Shown piece after piece: positions 24,410-51,668 of a DNA stretch of 64,000 bases (its first letter is position 1; each line of letters begins with the position of its first letter). Location of the stretch: the NCBI RefSeq assembly GCF_009914755.1, contig NC_060944.1; one strand, given 5' to 3'. Under the pieces are notes generated by a model, which was not told the origin of the DNA, did not search any database, and saw only the letters and a program-made list of their open reading frames with translations. Position numbers and translations under genes: made by a program. The DNA is from the human T2T-CHM13v2.0 reference genome, Homo sapiens.

Positions 24410-24705
24410 TTTTTTTTTTTTTTTTTTTTTTGAGACAGAGTCTCACCCCATCACCCAGGCTGCAGTGCAGTGGTGCGATCACAGCTCACTGCAGCCTGAC
24501 CTCCAATGCTCAAGCGATTCTCCCACCTCAGCCTTCCGAGTAGCTGGGACTACAGATGCATGCCACCACGGTGGCTAATTTTTGTTATTTTTTTTTTTTT
24601 TGTAGAGACAGGGTTTCACCACGTTGCCCAAGCTGGATTCAAGCAATCCACCCACTTCAGCCTCCCAAACTGCTGGGATTACGGGCATGAGCCACCATGC
24701 CTGGC
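24410..24705 (-). mobile_element. AluJ inserted in old L1
   Basis: Reverse Alu with T tail. Confidence 0.8.
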
Positions 24706-25307
24706 CTTTTCACTTTCTTGGTAATATCCTGTACAAAAGTTTTTTAATTTGGATGAAGTCTAATTTATCTTTTTGTTGTTGTTGTTGCTCATGTTTTTGG
24801 TGCAATAAGAAAAATCTTTTCTGCCAAATCTAAGATTATGAAGATTTACCCCTTTGTTTTCTTCTAATAGTTTTATAGTTTTAGCTCTTACATTTAGATT
24901 TTTGATATATTTTTAGTTCATATTTTATATATGGTATAAGGTAGGGTCAAACTGTATTCTTTTCTAAGTAGATATACAGTTAGCTCAGCATCATTTGTTA
25001 AAAAGACTCTTCTATCCCCCACTGAATAATCTTGGCACCCTAGTGGAAAATCATTTGACCATTGACACATGGTTTTATTTCTGGACTTCCAATTCTATTC
25101 CTTTGATCTATATGAAGTCAGAAAAAGTGTGAATCCTCCTCCTTTTTCTTTTTCAAGGTTGTTTTGGCTATTCTAGATGCCTTGCAACTCAATTAGTTTG
25201 CCAATCTACAAATAAGGGAAAAGAGGTCATGAATTCAGAGCCGGGGATTAAACAGGCAATTCATCTGGTATTTACTTGATAAAATGGTCCCAAGTTTCAG
25301 TCTAGAT

Positions 25308-25731
25308 CAGGGGCGGGCAAACTTTTTTAAAATATGTATAAGACTGGTTAGTTTCCAATATTTTTTTTGTTAAGGGCAGAGAGCATTTTAGGGCTATCGA
25401 GCCATTTGGTCTCTGTTGCAATTACTCAACTTTACCATGTACCATGGAAGCAGCTATACTCAATACCTAGCAAATGAGTGTGGCTGGGTTCCAATAAAAT
25501 GTTATTTATGGATACAAATAGATGTCACAAAATATTATTATCCTTTAAATTCTTTGCGACCATTTAAAATGTAAAGACCATTTACATTTTGTGTAAATGT
25601 AAATGTAAAGACCATTTACATTTTGTGTAAATGTAAATGTAAAGACCATTTACATTTTGTGTGGCTCAAGGCCACACAAAAACATGTGATCAGCAAGGAT
25701 TGGCATTTAGGCTGTAGTTTGCCAACCTCTG
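25308..25731. mobile_element. MER58-like hAT-Charlie MITE
   Basis: caggggcgggcaaact...agtttgccaacctctg TIRs. Confidence 0.7.
25567..25662. repeat. 34-bp tandem repeat, about 2.8 perfect copies, internally palindromic
   Basis: Unit aaatgtaaagaccatttacattttgtgtaaatgt. Confidence 0.9.
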
Positions 25732-25909
25732 ATGTAGACCATTAGATTTCTGTGTCTAGATTCAGGGTCACAGCCCCAGCTGAGTATTCATAATTAATAG
25801 TTTTGACTTGCATTATTTATTTGGCTTATCTCTGGGCTCACCAAATATATGCAGTCAAAATTCATGTCTTTTCCCTCATTTTAAAAACACACACATATAC
25901 CTTCACACT

Positions 25910-27408
25910 TGTATCAATCTACGTTCGACAGGGAGACAGAAACCATACAGTAATTTAAATTAAAGAATTATTTTGCCAGGGATGGTGGCTCATGCCTTTA
26001 ATCCCAGCACTTTGGGAGGCTGAGGCAGGCGGATCACCTGAGGTCAGGAGTTCGAGGCCAGCCTGGCAACATGGTGAAACCCCATCTCTAAAAATACAAA
26101 AATTAGCCGGCTGTGGTGGCGGGTGCCTATAATCCCAGCTACTCAGGAGGCTGAGGCAGGGAGAAATGCTTGAACCAGGGAGGTGGATGTTGCCGTGAGC
26201 TGAGATCGTGCCATTGCACTCCAGCCTGGGCAACAAAGCAAGACTCGATCCCCACCCCCCAAAAAAATTATTTTCCAAAGATAAATGTAAATACAAAAAG
26301 AAAATCCTACAGCTGAGGGGGATTACCCAAGGATAAACTTGGAAGGAGGGTTCCCTCCCCAAGGCTAGGGTTCAGTCCTTCTTGGAGTTGTGGTTGCAGC
26401 CTACTGGATAGCAGAAAAGTTTGAGGGGGAAGGTTGTGCAGGCCAGAGTTGGTCCACAGTCACTAAGCAAGCAGAAATAACCCTCTGGGGCACAAGCAAG
26501 CCAAAGCTGGCAAATAGTACACAGAGGGAATTGGGAATACAGAGAGAGCTGGGGTGTTGATGTTGACACAAGGCCTGGATCACATGGTGTCTGTGTGGGG
26601 AAGGCCTAAGGAAACAACAGGAGCCAAGGTTAATGGGCGGATGAGCGGAGGCGGCCAAGGCGCTGCTGTGGGCACTGCTGGAAATGGAGGCTGGAGAGCT
26701 GCAAGAACCTAGTACTCTTCTGTGCACAGCTTGGGCTGGGAGACCCAACAGTGGCTACTGGGGCCCTAGTGTGCATGCACTAGAGCTGGGGAGAGGGTCA
26801 GTGTGGGCTGGGGAGGCTCAAGCCTCCGCACAGGAGGAGGTCAGGTGGTCTGCTTGCTAGACGGCCAGTCCCGTGGGGCCCCCAGCATTTGTACCAGTGA
26901 GGCTGCAGAGAGGGTATGGCAGTGGCCTGGGCTGGGGCACAGGCCTGTGCTGTTTAGGCTCCCAACTGAGCCACCAGTGCCTGAGTGGAGAGCTGGACAA
27001 AACATACTCCTATGGTGGCCAATTGGTAGAAAAAGCTGTGTCCTGCAGGCATTTAGCACGGGAGAAAACTTCACTGGCCATGGAGTAGAGTAAAAATGGG
27101 TACTCTCACAGAGGTTGCAGTGAGCCAAGATCACGCCATTGCACTCCAGCCTGGGCAACAAGAGCAAAACTCTATCTTAAAAAAAAAAAAAATAGAAAAG
27201 AAAAAAAACAGGTACTCTCCAGGACCTGGTGAAAGAGCCACCTGACCCAAGAAAGAGGACCCTTCTCCCTGCAGTGTTGCTCTGGTGCCCTCTACTGATA
27301 AACCTTATGCCAGCTGGCAAAGGAAACACGTAAAGGGCCCAGATCCATTTTCACAGACCAGGCAACACAAGAATTTGAAGCTCAAACAATAAGTTGATAA
27401 TTGGCACA
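25910..27408 (-). mobile_element. Second ancient LTR of the same LTR33/LTR78-like family, with two Alu insertions
   Basis: Shares termini with 1619-2804 (tgtatca...gaaaccatacagtaattt; gccagctggcaaagga...ttgataattggcaca). Confidence 0.55.
25975..26266 (+). mobile_element. AluS inserted in an old LTR
   Basis: aattatttt TSD. Confidence 0.85.
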
Positions 27409-28843
27409 ATTTCACATACACACACAGACGTACTCTACCACATAGAAAGGCACAATCCTGGACGCAGATGGGAAAAAGAGGACACCCAGTTTGACTTACC
27501 CTCTAGAGAAGAAACTATTCTTATGGTAAACACATATAAGAGGGGTGTTGACTTTCTGCTTGGATTCCTGGAGTGGTGAGAACTTTTTCTCTTTTGCAAA
27601 TGTGTCTACTGTTCGAAAGCTGTGTTTGTGAGAGTCCTCTTTTACATTCTTGCCTGTCTTCTACATTCAGGCAATCACCAAGTGCTTTGGAGACAAACCC
27701 TATGAAGTCTATCTTCTCTTTCAGTCCACTCTGCTGTTGCCATAGCTTGTTATAAATTTTGCCTGGACAACTGCAATACTTCTGACTTCCCAGATTTTTA
27801 CTGGTCTCAGTGCTGTTTATCACACTTCCTTTCATTCTCTTAAGTTTCCTCTCGGATTCTCTGCAATATCTCTTCTAGATCTCCAGCCCCATATGAAATT
27901 CCTTTGCCAATATATTCAGCAGAAAATCTGATTGGAAATGTTTTCATATTCTTACTAGCTATGTCAAGTGTACCTCCAATACTGCACAATTTATTTACTC
28001 AAAGATTTTTACAGGTTGAGCCTTTCTCTCAAGACAGGTGACCAGATGCAGTGGCTCATGCCTGTAATCCTAACACTTTAGAAGGCCAAGGTGGGAGAAA
28101 TTGCTTGAGCCCAGGAGCTTAAGACCACCTGGGTAACATAGTAAAACCTTGTCTCCATTAAAAAAAAAAAGACAAGCCACTTTTAGTGGCCGTGACTTAG
28201 GAGAAGGTACAGGCCCTTCTTCTTTAACCTAGGTTACAGGTTACTAGAACAGACACAGAAGAGAGGAAGCTAAGACAAAAACGATTTTAAGTAGCATTAA
28301 AATTTACAAAACTCAGCTCTCTTTCTGCCAGCCAAAAAATCGCTTTCTAGTTCCCAAAGGAATTGGAAAGCAGGGAAAAGGTAAGAACTGATGGCTGGCA
28401 GCAGTAAGGGCGCTGCTGAGCAACTGCTCTACCTGAGAGTGGGCCGAGCTGGGGAAGCTGGACTCGGCCTTGGGGTCTGCATCAGTAGCAGATAGAGCAT
28501 CACCTATCCTCATGTGTAACCTGGCTTTGTGAGATTTTTCTAGTCATCAACTATTGCCCCATAACTCACAGAAGGAATGCTTTTACCCTTCAAGAACACT
28601 AGTTAGGTAGAACTCTAGGAACCTTGTTTCATTATTTTTTTTTTTTTTTGGGATTCTAGAATGTCATGCTCCAACCAGTCCCAAATTTCTCTTTAATCAA
28701 AGAGCAGCTGAGTGTTTGGCTGTTCTCCAAAATGATTTCTAGGTTAAAATTAATGAATAAGATATGGGGCTAGATAAAAATAATCTTTCCACGAGAATGC
28801 AGATTTTATCCCTTACACATTTCATGCATATTAGAGAAAATAA

Positions 28844-29347
<504 letters not shown>

Positions 29348-30705
29348 TAGAGCTTGCGTGTATAAATTATTTCACCTTTAATCTGAATCACTTTACCTAA
29401 TTTCACAACCAGGTGCTGTCAGATTGCCTGCCATCTTGAAAGTCCCTTCAACCCAAATCCTTTCTGTGGACTCATCACACAAGGTACCACCTTATGACTA
29501 CTCCAGGTAGTCATATTTCTGTAAGTTTTTTGGTCAGATTTCGTTGTTTCTGCTCATTGCGATTACTAGGTCAAATGTTTCCAAACTAAAATTGATTTTT
29601 TTTTTTCCCCAAAGAGACAAGGTCTGACTATTTTGCCCAGGCTGGTCTCAAAGTCCTGGGCTCAAGTGATCCTCCCACAATGGCCTCCCAAAATGCTGGG
29701 GATTACAGGCATGAGCTACCATGCCTGGCAATCCACTACCAATTTTTCAGAAAACTCAGCAAAAATCAATATAAAAAAAAATTCTAAAACTAAAAGTAAG
29801 GTAGAATGATGGTGGGTTCTGAACTCAAGACCATGGTTTGAAAAAATGGGTAGGACATGGATAGCTAAATTAAAAGGCCAAAAAGAGGTGGAGCTCAAGA
29901 CTTCTTGGAGTGAGGCTTAGATGGTGAGGCCAGGAAGGATGCAGGTAGCAATCTGACTTTAGTTTGAGTCCCCCAGTTCTCTAAAGTACTCCCCACCCCA
30001 CCCAATCTGGTCCCCTCATTAACAGGACTTGTTTGGATGCTGCAGGCATTTGAACACCCATCTCATGTTGGAAATAAGCTCTACACAAAAACTGAACTCT
30101 TCCTTCTTAGGCACCAAAGCCATAGTCCTGGAGTGGAGAATTTGCATCTCTCTTTCTTCTGAGAGAAACTCTAGTACGTTTCAATTCTGTTTCCTTCTGG
30201 GATGGAGTGGAAAGGTCCTGATAGTGACCCTTCCTAGAAACAAAGGAGGGGAGTCAGCACAGCCTGAGGAAGCCCCTTCCAGGGCTGGAAAGATGACATC
30301 TTTGCCCCTCTCCCTCTGCTGGGCTAGGGCAGGCAGCCCTTTCCCTGGGCCACATCTGAGGTCGCTATAGGTTATGGGGGATTTCAGTAAAAAACAGTAA
30401 TTCTGCATCATTTTTTTCTTTCCACTCCTTTTTTCAAAAGTAAGAGCTAGTTTTCTTGTTTGCTTTTTTCTTTCCCAATGGTAGGAGGAATGTTGGGATT
30501 GTCCGGAATGGGGAGGGCCTACCCCTTCCCTCTTCAAAACCCTAGAGATTATATGCCTGCATATACTTTTCCCTCAGTGGCCTCCAATTCTGATCAGAAG
30601 TTGGTGTTATAGGGGCAGTTCTGGCAAAGGGTGGGGGCCCACACTCCCAGACATGCACATCCTTTTCCCTCATCAGACCTGACTGAGGAGCCACTGCGTA
30701 ATTGA

Positions 30706-31095
30706 TGCTATGGTGTGAATGTCTCCTCCAAAATTCATGTTGAAATTCAATTGCCATTATGATGAGATTTATGGGTGGGACCTTTAAGAGATGATTAGGT
30801 TACGAGGGCTGAGCCCTCAAGAACAATGCCAATATCACAGGAGTGGATTAATTATACTGGAGTGGGCTCCTGATAAAAAGGGTAATTCCAGCCCCCTTTT
30901 GCTCTCTGTCTCACATATTCGCTTGCTCTGCTGTCTTCACCATGGGATGATGCAGCATAAAGGCCCCCACCAGGTGCTGGCACCATGCTCTTGGACTTCC
31001 CATCCTCTAGAACCATAAGCCAAATAAGTTTTTGTACATTATAAATCACTCAGTCTGTGACATTCTGTTATAACAGCAGAAAACAGATTAAGACA
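30706..31095 (+). mobile_element. MaLR solo LTR (MST-like)
   Basis: tgctatggtgtgaatgtctcctccaaaattcatgttgaaa...ctgttataacagcagaaaacagattaagaca. Confidence 0.8.
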
Positions 31096-32239
31096 GCTAA
31101 CTTCATGCCTGGGGGAGGCAAGTGGGGAGAGGCCTTGGAGCCAGTAACTCTTTCTTTTTTCATCCTCTCCTTGAATGAGGTGTCCAAAACACTTCATGCT
31201 TCTTCTGATTTTCCAAGCCTGATATGCATTTTATGGATCTTGCAAACTCCAATTGGGCAAACAAAGTTGCTGGAGCCTAGGAAGACCCTCTCCAGTGAAT
31301 AGTTATTGGTCCAAGACAGAAAATCAGAGCCAGGGCATGTGGAGTTTATTCAAAAGTCTGGGCAATTTGGGCTCTGAGGGAGGAAGATTTTAAAAGGGTG
31401 TGGCTAAAGGGCAGATCCTTGGCCTGAAAAACAATGGACGGAGTATGGCTAGGTTGCCTCAGACCAGTTATTAAAGGGATGATGTGTGGGTATCATTAGC
31501 AGGACTGGGCCCTAGAATTGGAGGGCCAAGGGGACATGGTATCGGAGCTATGTTTAGGGGTCTTTACATCTATTATTGTTGATCTGACATGGGGAGTAGC
31601 TAAGAGGCCCAAAGCAATGACTCATGACTAGAGAACAGTTTGGGCATGGTTAAAGGACCTGCCTCTGCAATCTGGAAGGCTGCAGAGGGGATGTGGTTAA
31701 AGGGTCCCTGGAACTGGAGGACATGAGCAGATCATTAAGGACTGCAAAAATTCAGTGGAATAGAGAAGTATTCAGCAAAGACACCTGCAGAAAGAAAGAA
31801 AAAGAGAGAAGGCAAGATGGGGAGAGAAAGAGAAACACACAAAGAGAGAGAGAGAATACCTAGGGAAGGAAGCTTTCACAGAAGCTGAAGAAAGTGATCA
31901 GTCTGGAGAAGAGGCAGCCCAGCCCTGGAGACCTGGAAAATCCCCTCCCTGCAACTGGCCTGTCTCTAGAACCTAATCACTCCTCCACATGAAAAGGATC
32001 AAATTCTCCAAAAAAATCTATTAGATTGATTCTCAAGGGTTGAATTTATGCAGGAAACCCTGACTGTGAATTTGAATTCCTTGCACCCTTTCAGTCAGAT
32101 GAGTGGCCAAGCTACACAGCCTGAACTTATTGAAGAAATTTTGAACTAAAACAAAGGGATAAGAAAACACGGGAAAGAACTGGTATATGAAAATAAAACA
32201 AGTTGATCATTTTTTGATTACTTAAATAAAGCCTGCTTT

Positions 32240-32245
32240 TTTATT
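32240..32245 (-). terminator. ZNF343: Probable ZNF343 polyadenylation signal AATAAA
   Basis: First tttatt I noticed on the plus strand beyond the degenerate finger tail, about 1.3 kb after the stop. Confidence 0.55.
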
Positions 32246-32384
32246 TCATCTGATTCCAAGAAGTAGAAAAGAATGCTTATTTAACAGTTACTGCCATCTT
32301 CGCTCACATACAGAGTACATGGGGGAGTCAAGACATTTCCTGAAAATCCCTCAGAGGTGAGTGAGGTAGTGACTTGGGGTAGCA

Positions 32385-33553
32385 AGACTGTCCTCCTAAG
32401 TCAGTTGAGGAGTGACATCGGGATGAAGCTCCACCCACAAGCCCTGCCCACAGAGGTCTTCTCCCTGAGTGTGTCCTCCTTTAGTACAAGATGAGGTTTA
32501 ACTTATTGCTAATGTGTTTCACATTTTCCCTCCCCACCCATGTAAAGCTTGTCCCAAAAAAGCTGTTCTTTGATGAGGACTTTTTCCTAAGTCCTTGTCC
32601 ATTCTCCCCACACATGCAGAATTTCTATTCAATATACTCTGGGGCTTACTGGGGGGTGACTCATGGCTGAAGCCTTATCTACACTCCTTATATACCTAAC
32701 ATGTCTTAGAATCAATTATCTGGACAGACAACGAGACAGAAAATTGAGGATTCACTGGGGAGTGAGGGCAGGACTGGGCAGAGGAAGAAGCTGACCTGCA
32801 ATGTGTCTGCAACCCAGTGATCCTTCAGTTCGATGGGGATCTCTGGATCTGGAATGACCTTCTGGAGTTGTCCCCGTTGAGTCAAGGGTTGGGGCCAGAA
32901 GGTACCCCTGCAAAGGTGCATTGCCCCTGTGGTGCATGCAGCTCCCTGTGGCTGAGAGTGAGTTCCAGAGCGGAGTGCATCTCTGGAATGCATCTCTGCC
33001 AGCAGCAACACTGTTCTCTCAAGCAGCTGGGGTGTTACCCCTGAAAAGGTCATCTGGGCAGAGCTCCACAGTGTCCCCACATGCAGATTCTCCCTGTGGT
33101 GTGTGATCACAAAAGCTTTGCCCATACATCCTACAAACAAAGACCTCCTTCCTGAGGGCCACTCTGTGCCTGAGTGTCCATTCTTTTACTGATGCTCCCC
33201 AACACTCCCCAGACAAGGGTGCTTTCCCCTGAGGCTGTCATTGGATGTCTGGTAAATGTTGATTATTGCTAAAGCCTTCCCACAGTCCCTACACATAAAC
33301 TTCTCTCCTAAGTGTGTCCTTTTGTGCATGCTCAAGGCCGACTGATGGCTACAGTTGCCCGTACTCTATACTCATAAGGCTCCTCTCCTGAACGTGTCCC
33401 TCCCATGCCTGATAAGGGCTGACACATCTCTGGAACTTCACTCACAATCTGTGTACACAGGGTCTACTCCCCATGTGTCTCTCTGGGGTAACATGAGGCT
33501 TGACTGGTCACTCAGGTCTTGTTCATGACCCCTGCATACACAGGTTTCTCCCG
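32385..33553 (-). pseudogene. Degenerate zinc-finger repeats in the ZNF343 3'UTR
   Basis: Recurrent linker remnants (CGGGAGAAACCT, TCAGGAGAGGAGCCTTAT, AGGACACACTTAGGAGAGAAG, AGGACACACTCAGGGAGAAG) and TGTAGGGACTGTGGG-like Cys motifs with frameshifts. Confidence 0.8.
32702..33070 (-). mobile_element. LTR16-like (ERVL) solo LTR inside the ZNF343 3'UTR
   Basis: Minus strand runs TGTGGAGC...CCCAGCTGC...GGGACAACTCCAGAAGGTCATTCCAG...CTTCCTCTGCCCAGTCCTGC...TAAGACA, resembling the LTR16 consensus as I recall it. Confidence 0.6.
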
Positions 33554-44288
<10,735 letters not shown>

Positions 44289-44879
44289 GGCGCCAGAGTC
44301 AGCCCAGTGTGTGCCTTGAAATTCTGCCAGAGGTCCAGGTAGATGTTATTTCATCTCAAGATGGAGTTCTGCTGCCTGTGGTGACTTCTTCCAACCTTAA
44401 TTATAAAAAGCCCAGCTTGTTTCCCTGCAGCCAGGACCTGTGGGATGAAGAAGCAATTTGCTATTGCTGGGGCTTTTATTGTGGGCCCTAGGCCTATGCC
44501 TCTTCAACAGGGATCCTGTCCTCTCACACCCTCCTCATTCAACAAACACGGAGTCTCCATCTACATGGGATCCCTGGATTTTCTACCTTCATTCACTCTA
44601 CCTTCATTTCTAGGCCCTCCTGCTTGTGTTCTGCCACTCTCCCTTAGCTCTCAAACTTTACTTCTTCTGCCTCTGCACCTCAGATTCAAACTCTATGTTT
44701 TGGATCAGTCTCTGCTACTACCTGAAGCCTGAGTCAGAGAGAAGACAGAATATAGCATAATGCCTGTGGAGAAAGAGCCTCTGACTGTTTCCTGTAGACC
44801 AACTGGGGCGTGCAGAACTCAGCTTCTGATTCCCCTGCCCCAACCCAAGGTTCCATCTATATTCAGTTCCTTGTGTCTT

Positions 44880-45179
44880 GGATGGGCACAGTGGTTCACA
44901 CCTGTAATCTCAGTACTTTGGGAGGCCACGGCAAGCTAATCACTTAAGCTCAGGAGCTCAAGACCAGTCTGGGCAACATAGCGAAATGCCGTCTCTACAA
45001 AAAATACAAAAATCAGCTGGGCATGGTGGTGTGCGCCTGTAGTCCCAGCTACTCAGCAGGCTGAGGTGGGAGGATCACCTGACCTCGGGAAGTCGAGGCT
45101 GCAGTGAGCTGAGATCATGCCATTGCACTCTAGCCTGGACGGCAGGAGTAAGACCCTGTCTCAAGAAAAAAAAAAAAAA
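44880..45179 (+). mobile_element. AluJ
   Basis: Diverged dimer with A tail. Confidence 0.8.
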
Positions 45180-45957
45180 TCCCTATGTCCCTGTATTGTG
45201 AGGAGTTTAGGAGATCAAAACTCAGTCCTTCTTAGTTAAGGGAGAGCTCCAGTTCTCACAATTACTCTGAAGAGATAACCTCCTAGCTTCCATTGCTATG
45301 CATGTCTACCACATGACCTTACCACAGATGTGCATTTGTGTATCCTGATGGGCCCAAGTCAAAGTCCTACACTGATGTGGTCCCAAAGAAGGCAGGTGGT
45401 ATTAGGAGCTATGCCACCTTCAAAAGCTCCTCAGACGCTGTCCAGGATTTCAGCCCAAATGGCTACAGGCCTATTGTTGCCTAGTACCCTTCTGAGACTA
45501 GCTGGGGTCTCTAAGCAGCTCTTGTAATTCATCCCTCAACACCATAGGTAGAGATGACCACTCCCTCTTCTGTCCAACCTGGCCATCATACCATATTGCA
45601 ATTTCTCTATTTACGTGACTGTCTTTACTAAACTGTGAAGCTTCTTGTAAGATGAAATGCTTCTCAGTCTTTTTGCTAATATAATTCTAGTGATTAGAAT
45701 AAAAGAGGCCTTTGTGGTAGATTTTATCATCGTTCCCAATTATTTGTTGCCCTATAAAAGGATGGTACTTCCCTGTCCCAGACATCAGGCTTGACCTTGT
45801 AACTTGCCTTGGAAAATGAATGTGAGTGAAAGCGACGATGCCATTTCTAAGCATTGCATAATTCCACCATTTCTTTTGTTCTGAGAACAGCATGTCCGAA
45901 GAGGGACTGTGGTTCTACTGTAAAAAGTCATGGTACAAAGCTAAAGCCAACCTATAG

Positions 45958-46371
<414 letters not shown>

Positions 46372-46399
46372 TACTAAATGCAGTATTCCAACATTTGGG

Positions 46400-48130
<1,731 letters not shown>

Positions 48131-48466
48131 CACTCAAAAGTAGCTCAAAACCTTCAAGTGGTTCCCTGATGGCCACAGAGTGAGTCCAACTCACTAACTT
48201 GGTATCCTGGCCTTTCTTAATAATGGCCCAACCTACTTCTCAATCTGAACCCCCCGTACCCACCCGCCCCGGCTCCTTCATATGGCTCCTCCATATGGCT
48301 CCTCCACGGCCAGGAAGCAGGGCTGCTCAAATGCTCACAAAGACTGATTTAGTCCTGCTAGTTGTTAGGCACTGTGTCAGTGACCCAAAATGAGCAAGAG
48401 GTCCCTGATCCTTAAAGAGCCACTTCATGGTCCAGTGAGGGAAAGTACTCATATATAAAGTGCTTC

Positions 48467-48861
<395 letters not shown>

Positions 48862-49270
48862 TCAATTGCCAAGTAGAAAACCACAGAGGAATAAAACAGC
48901 ACAGAATGGAATCTATTCCCACACAGCTACAAGGGCACTACAACAAAGGGAGTAAGTGGTAGGGACAAGACTGAAAAGGTGAGCTGAGAGATAATTCAGA
49001 TATTCATCAGATATCAATATTAACAATCCCAGTCCATATTTAGTAAGCATATATTATGTGCCAGGCACTACCTTATAGGAATTATCTGCCAGGCCGTATA
49101 GGAATTACCACATTTCTTCCTCACAACTCCCTGAGATGGGCACTATTATTTTCTCCATTATACAGATGAGGAGTAGAAAGCACAGAGAGTGAAATAATGT
49201 CTCCAGGGTTACACAGCTAATGTGCGGTGAAGACAGGCTTTGAATCTAGGCAATCTGTCTCCAGAGCCCA

Positions 49271-49517
49271 CACCCAGGCTGAAGCGCAGTGGTGTGATCT
49301 CAGCTTACTGCAACCTCCACTTTCCAGGCTCAAGCCATCCTCCCATCTCAGCCTCCTGAGTAGCTGGGACCACAGGTGTGCAGCACCACGCCCAGATAAT
49401 TTTTCTATTTTTAGTAGAGACGGGGTTTTGTCATGTTGTCCAGGCTGAGTTCAAGTGATCCATCACTTCAGCCTCCCAAAGTGCTGGGATTACAGGCGTG
49501 AGCCACCGCATGTGGCC
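49271..49517 (-). mobile_element. Old Alu (AluJ-like), inverted relative to the adjacent AluYa5
   Basis: Reverse Alu body with high CpG decay, ending ggcc at about 49517. Confidence 0.8.
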
Positions 49518-49578
49518 TCACACTCTAATTATTGAGTTTGGACAGAGTTGGAGGTAGGTAATAAGAAATGGCCCTCTT

Positions 49579-49937
<359 letters not shown>

Positions 49938-51048
49938 TCAGAGGAGCAACTTAAAAGGCAGGGTGGAAGGTGAACTAGAATGTGGAGAAAAGATGAAAAT
50001 TTGGGTAGCACAACAGTGAGATGAGGGGAAAATAATAAAGGGGTATTCCAAGGTAGAATTGAGAGGACTCCATCACTAATTAGAAGGATGAGAATTTCAG
50101 GAAGAACAAGGAGGCAAGAAAGACTCAGAGCTCCGGCTGGTGACCAGGGATGGAGACACGGTCATTAACAGAAATCATCAACAGGTAAAGAGAAAAGGGA
50201 GTGGGAGAATTGGCCTTGCTGAATTCCAGATACTTCTCCCTCTTATAGTTCTTACCTGAATTGTTAAGTGTGTACAGTTTGAACTAAGCAATAGCAATTT
50301 TGTAGAAGAAATGGGCAGATTTTAAAACAATCTAGAGTTAAGACATTAAGGAATTACTGTCGATTTTGTTGAATGTGGTAATATTATGGTTACATTTTTA
50401 ACAAATAGTCCTTCTCTGTTGGAAATGCATAGGATAGTATTTATAGGTAAAATTATGTGATGTCTGGGATTTCCTTCCAAATACTCCAGCAGCAAAAACA
50501 AGAAAATGAGGAGGTGGGGGGCTCAATGAAACAGGGATTATAGAATGTTGATAACTGAGGAAGCTCTAAATCCTAATTCTACCCAACCCGGTCATATTAC
50601 ACAAGTAAATTTCTTAACCTCTTAACATGCCACTTCTTCTTCTATCAATTCAGAGTTTTGATTCCTAACTTTCAAATTGTTGAGAGTTTAAAATATTGTG
50701 GAGACTATAAACCCAGTTGCCTGGCACAGAACAATGGCCCAATAAATGCTAATTACCATCATTTTTTATTTCACAGTAGCTGACAAATCCCTGGGAATCC
50801 AGCAGCCAAGATGAAATATGGCTGGGGCAAGGACGGTGATAACCTGAATGAGAGTACCAGTCTGGGGTAATATTCCCTGTGGAGATCCTTGCCCTTAAAA
50901 TCACCCCAGTATTGTAGAAAAACAAGCAAGGCCTTGAGCCTCAATTGGAACACTTCAGGGTACAAGATGTCAGACGGGCAAAGGAAATACAGCCATGGTT
51001 TCGAGCAGAAAAGACGCTATGGGAATGTGAAAGGTAAGTGGTACCTAC

Positions 51049-51135
51049 CTGATAGGAAGTTCTCGGGAGCACAGAAGTCTTTCCTTTCTCAAGAGATCGT
51101 CCTCTCCCAGCAGGCAGGGATTGGAGAAGGTGGAC
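51049..51135 (-). other. ZNF343: ZNF343 probable non-coding 5'UTR exon (87 nt)
   Basis: gtttcatcctcag|GTCCACC...CCTATCAG|gtaggt: a good acceptor/donor pair in unique sequence between the promoter and the first coding exon. Inferred from splice signals only. Confidence 0.7.
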
Positions 51136-51431
51136 CTGAGGATGAAACAGGCAGTGTGAGATTCAGGATTGTCTCCTACCACCCAGATATGGAGGCTAGA
51201 AATCCCCAAGTTTAAAATGAGACGAGCCAAGATGGCCGAATAGGAACAGCTCCAGTCTACAGCTCCGAGCGCGAGCGACGCGGAAGACAGGTGTTTTCTG
51301 CATTTCCAACTGAGGTACCGGGTTTATCTCACTGGGGAGTGTCAGAAAGTGGGTGCAGGACAGTGGGTGCAGAGCACCGAGTGTTAGCCGAAGCAGGGTG
51401 AGGCACTGCCTCACCCGGGAAGTGCAAGGGG

Positions 51432-51668
51432 TCAGGGAATTCCTTTCCTAGTCAAAGAAAGGGGTGAGAGAGGGCACCTGGAAAATTGGGTCACTCCCAC
51501 CCTAATACTGCGCTTTTCCAATGGTCTTAGCAAACGGCACACCAAGAGATTATATCCCGCGCCTGGCTCAGTGGGTCCTACGCCCATGGACCCTCGCTCA
51601 TTGCTAGCACAGCAGTCTGAGATCAAACTGCAAGGCGGCAGCGAGGCTGGGGGAGGGGCACCCACCAT
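51432..51668 (-). CDS. L1 antisense ORF0, open, 78 aa (expression unproven)
   Basis: ATG at 51668: MVGAPPPASLPPCSLISDCCASNERGSMGVGPTEPGAGYNLLVCRLLRPLEKRSIRVGVTQFSRCPLSPLSLTRKGIP, homologous to primate L1 ORF0p. Confidence 0.6.
   Translation of the reverse strand: MVGAPPPASLPPCSLISDCCASNERGSMGVGPTEPGAGYNLLVCRLLRPLEKRSIRVGVTQFSRCPLSPLSLTRKGIP

Larger units (their letters stand above)
23390..25210 (-). mobile_element. Old L1M 3' portion
   Basis: gtggttttgatttgcatttccctcatgactaatgatgttgaacatcttttcatgtgc and other L1 3' hallmarks. Confidence 0.75.

Noticed and set aside
25567-25662. CRISPR-like palindromic repeat array
   Set aside because: Units are contiguous with no unique spacers, there are no cas genes, and the context is eukaryotic.
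32712-33140. 142-aa ORF in the ZNF343 3'UTR, considered as a processed pseudogene or downstream ORF
   Set aside because: Explained by a decayed finger plus the LTR16-like insertion; non-ATG start.
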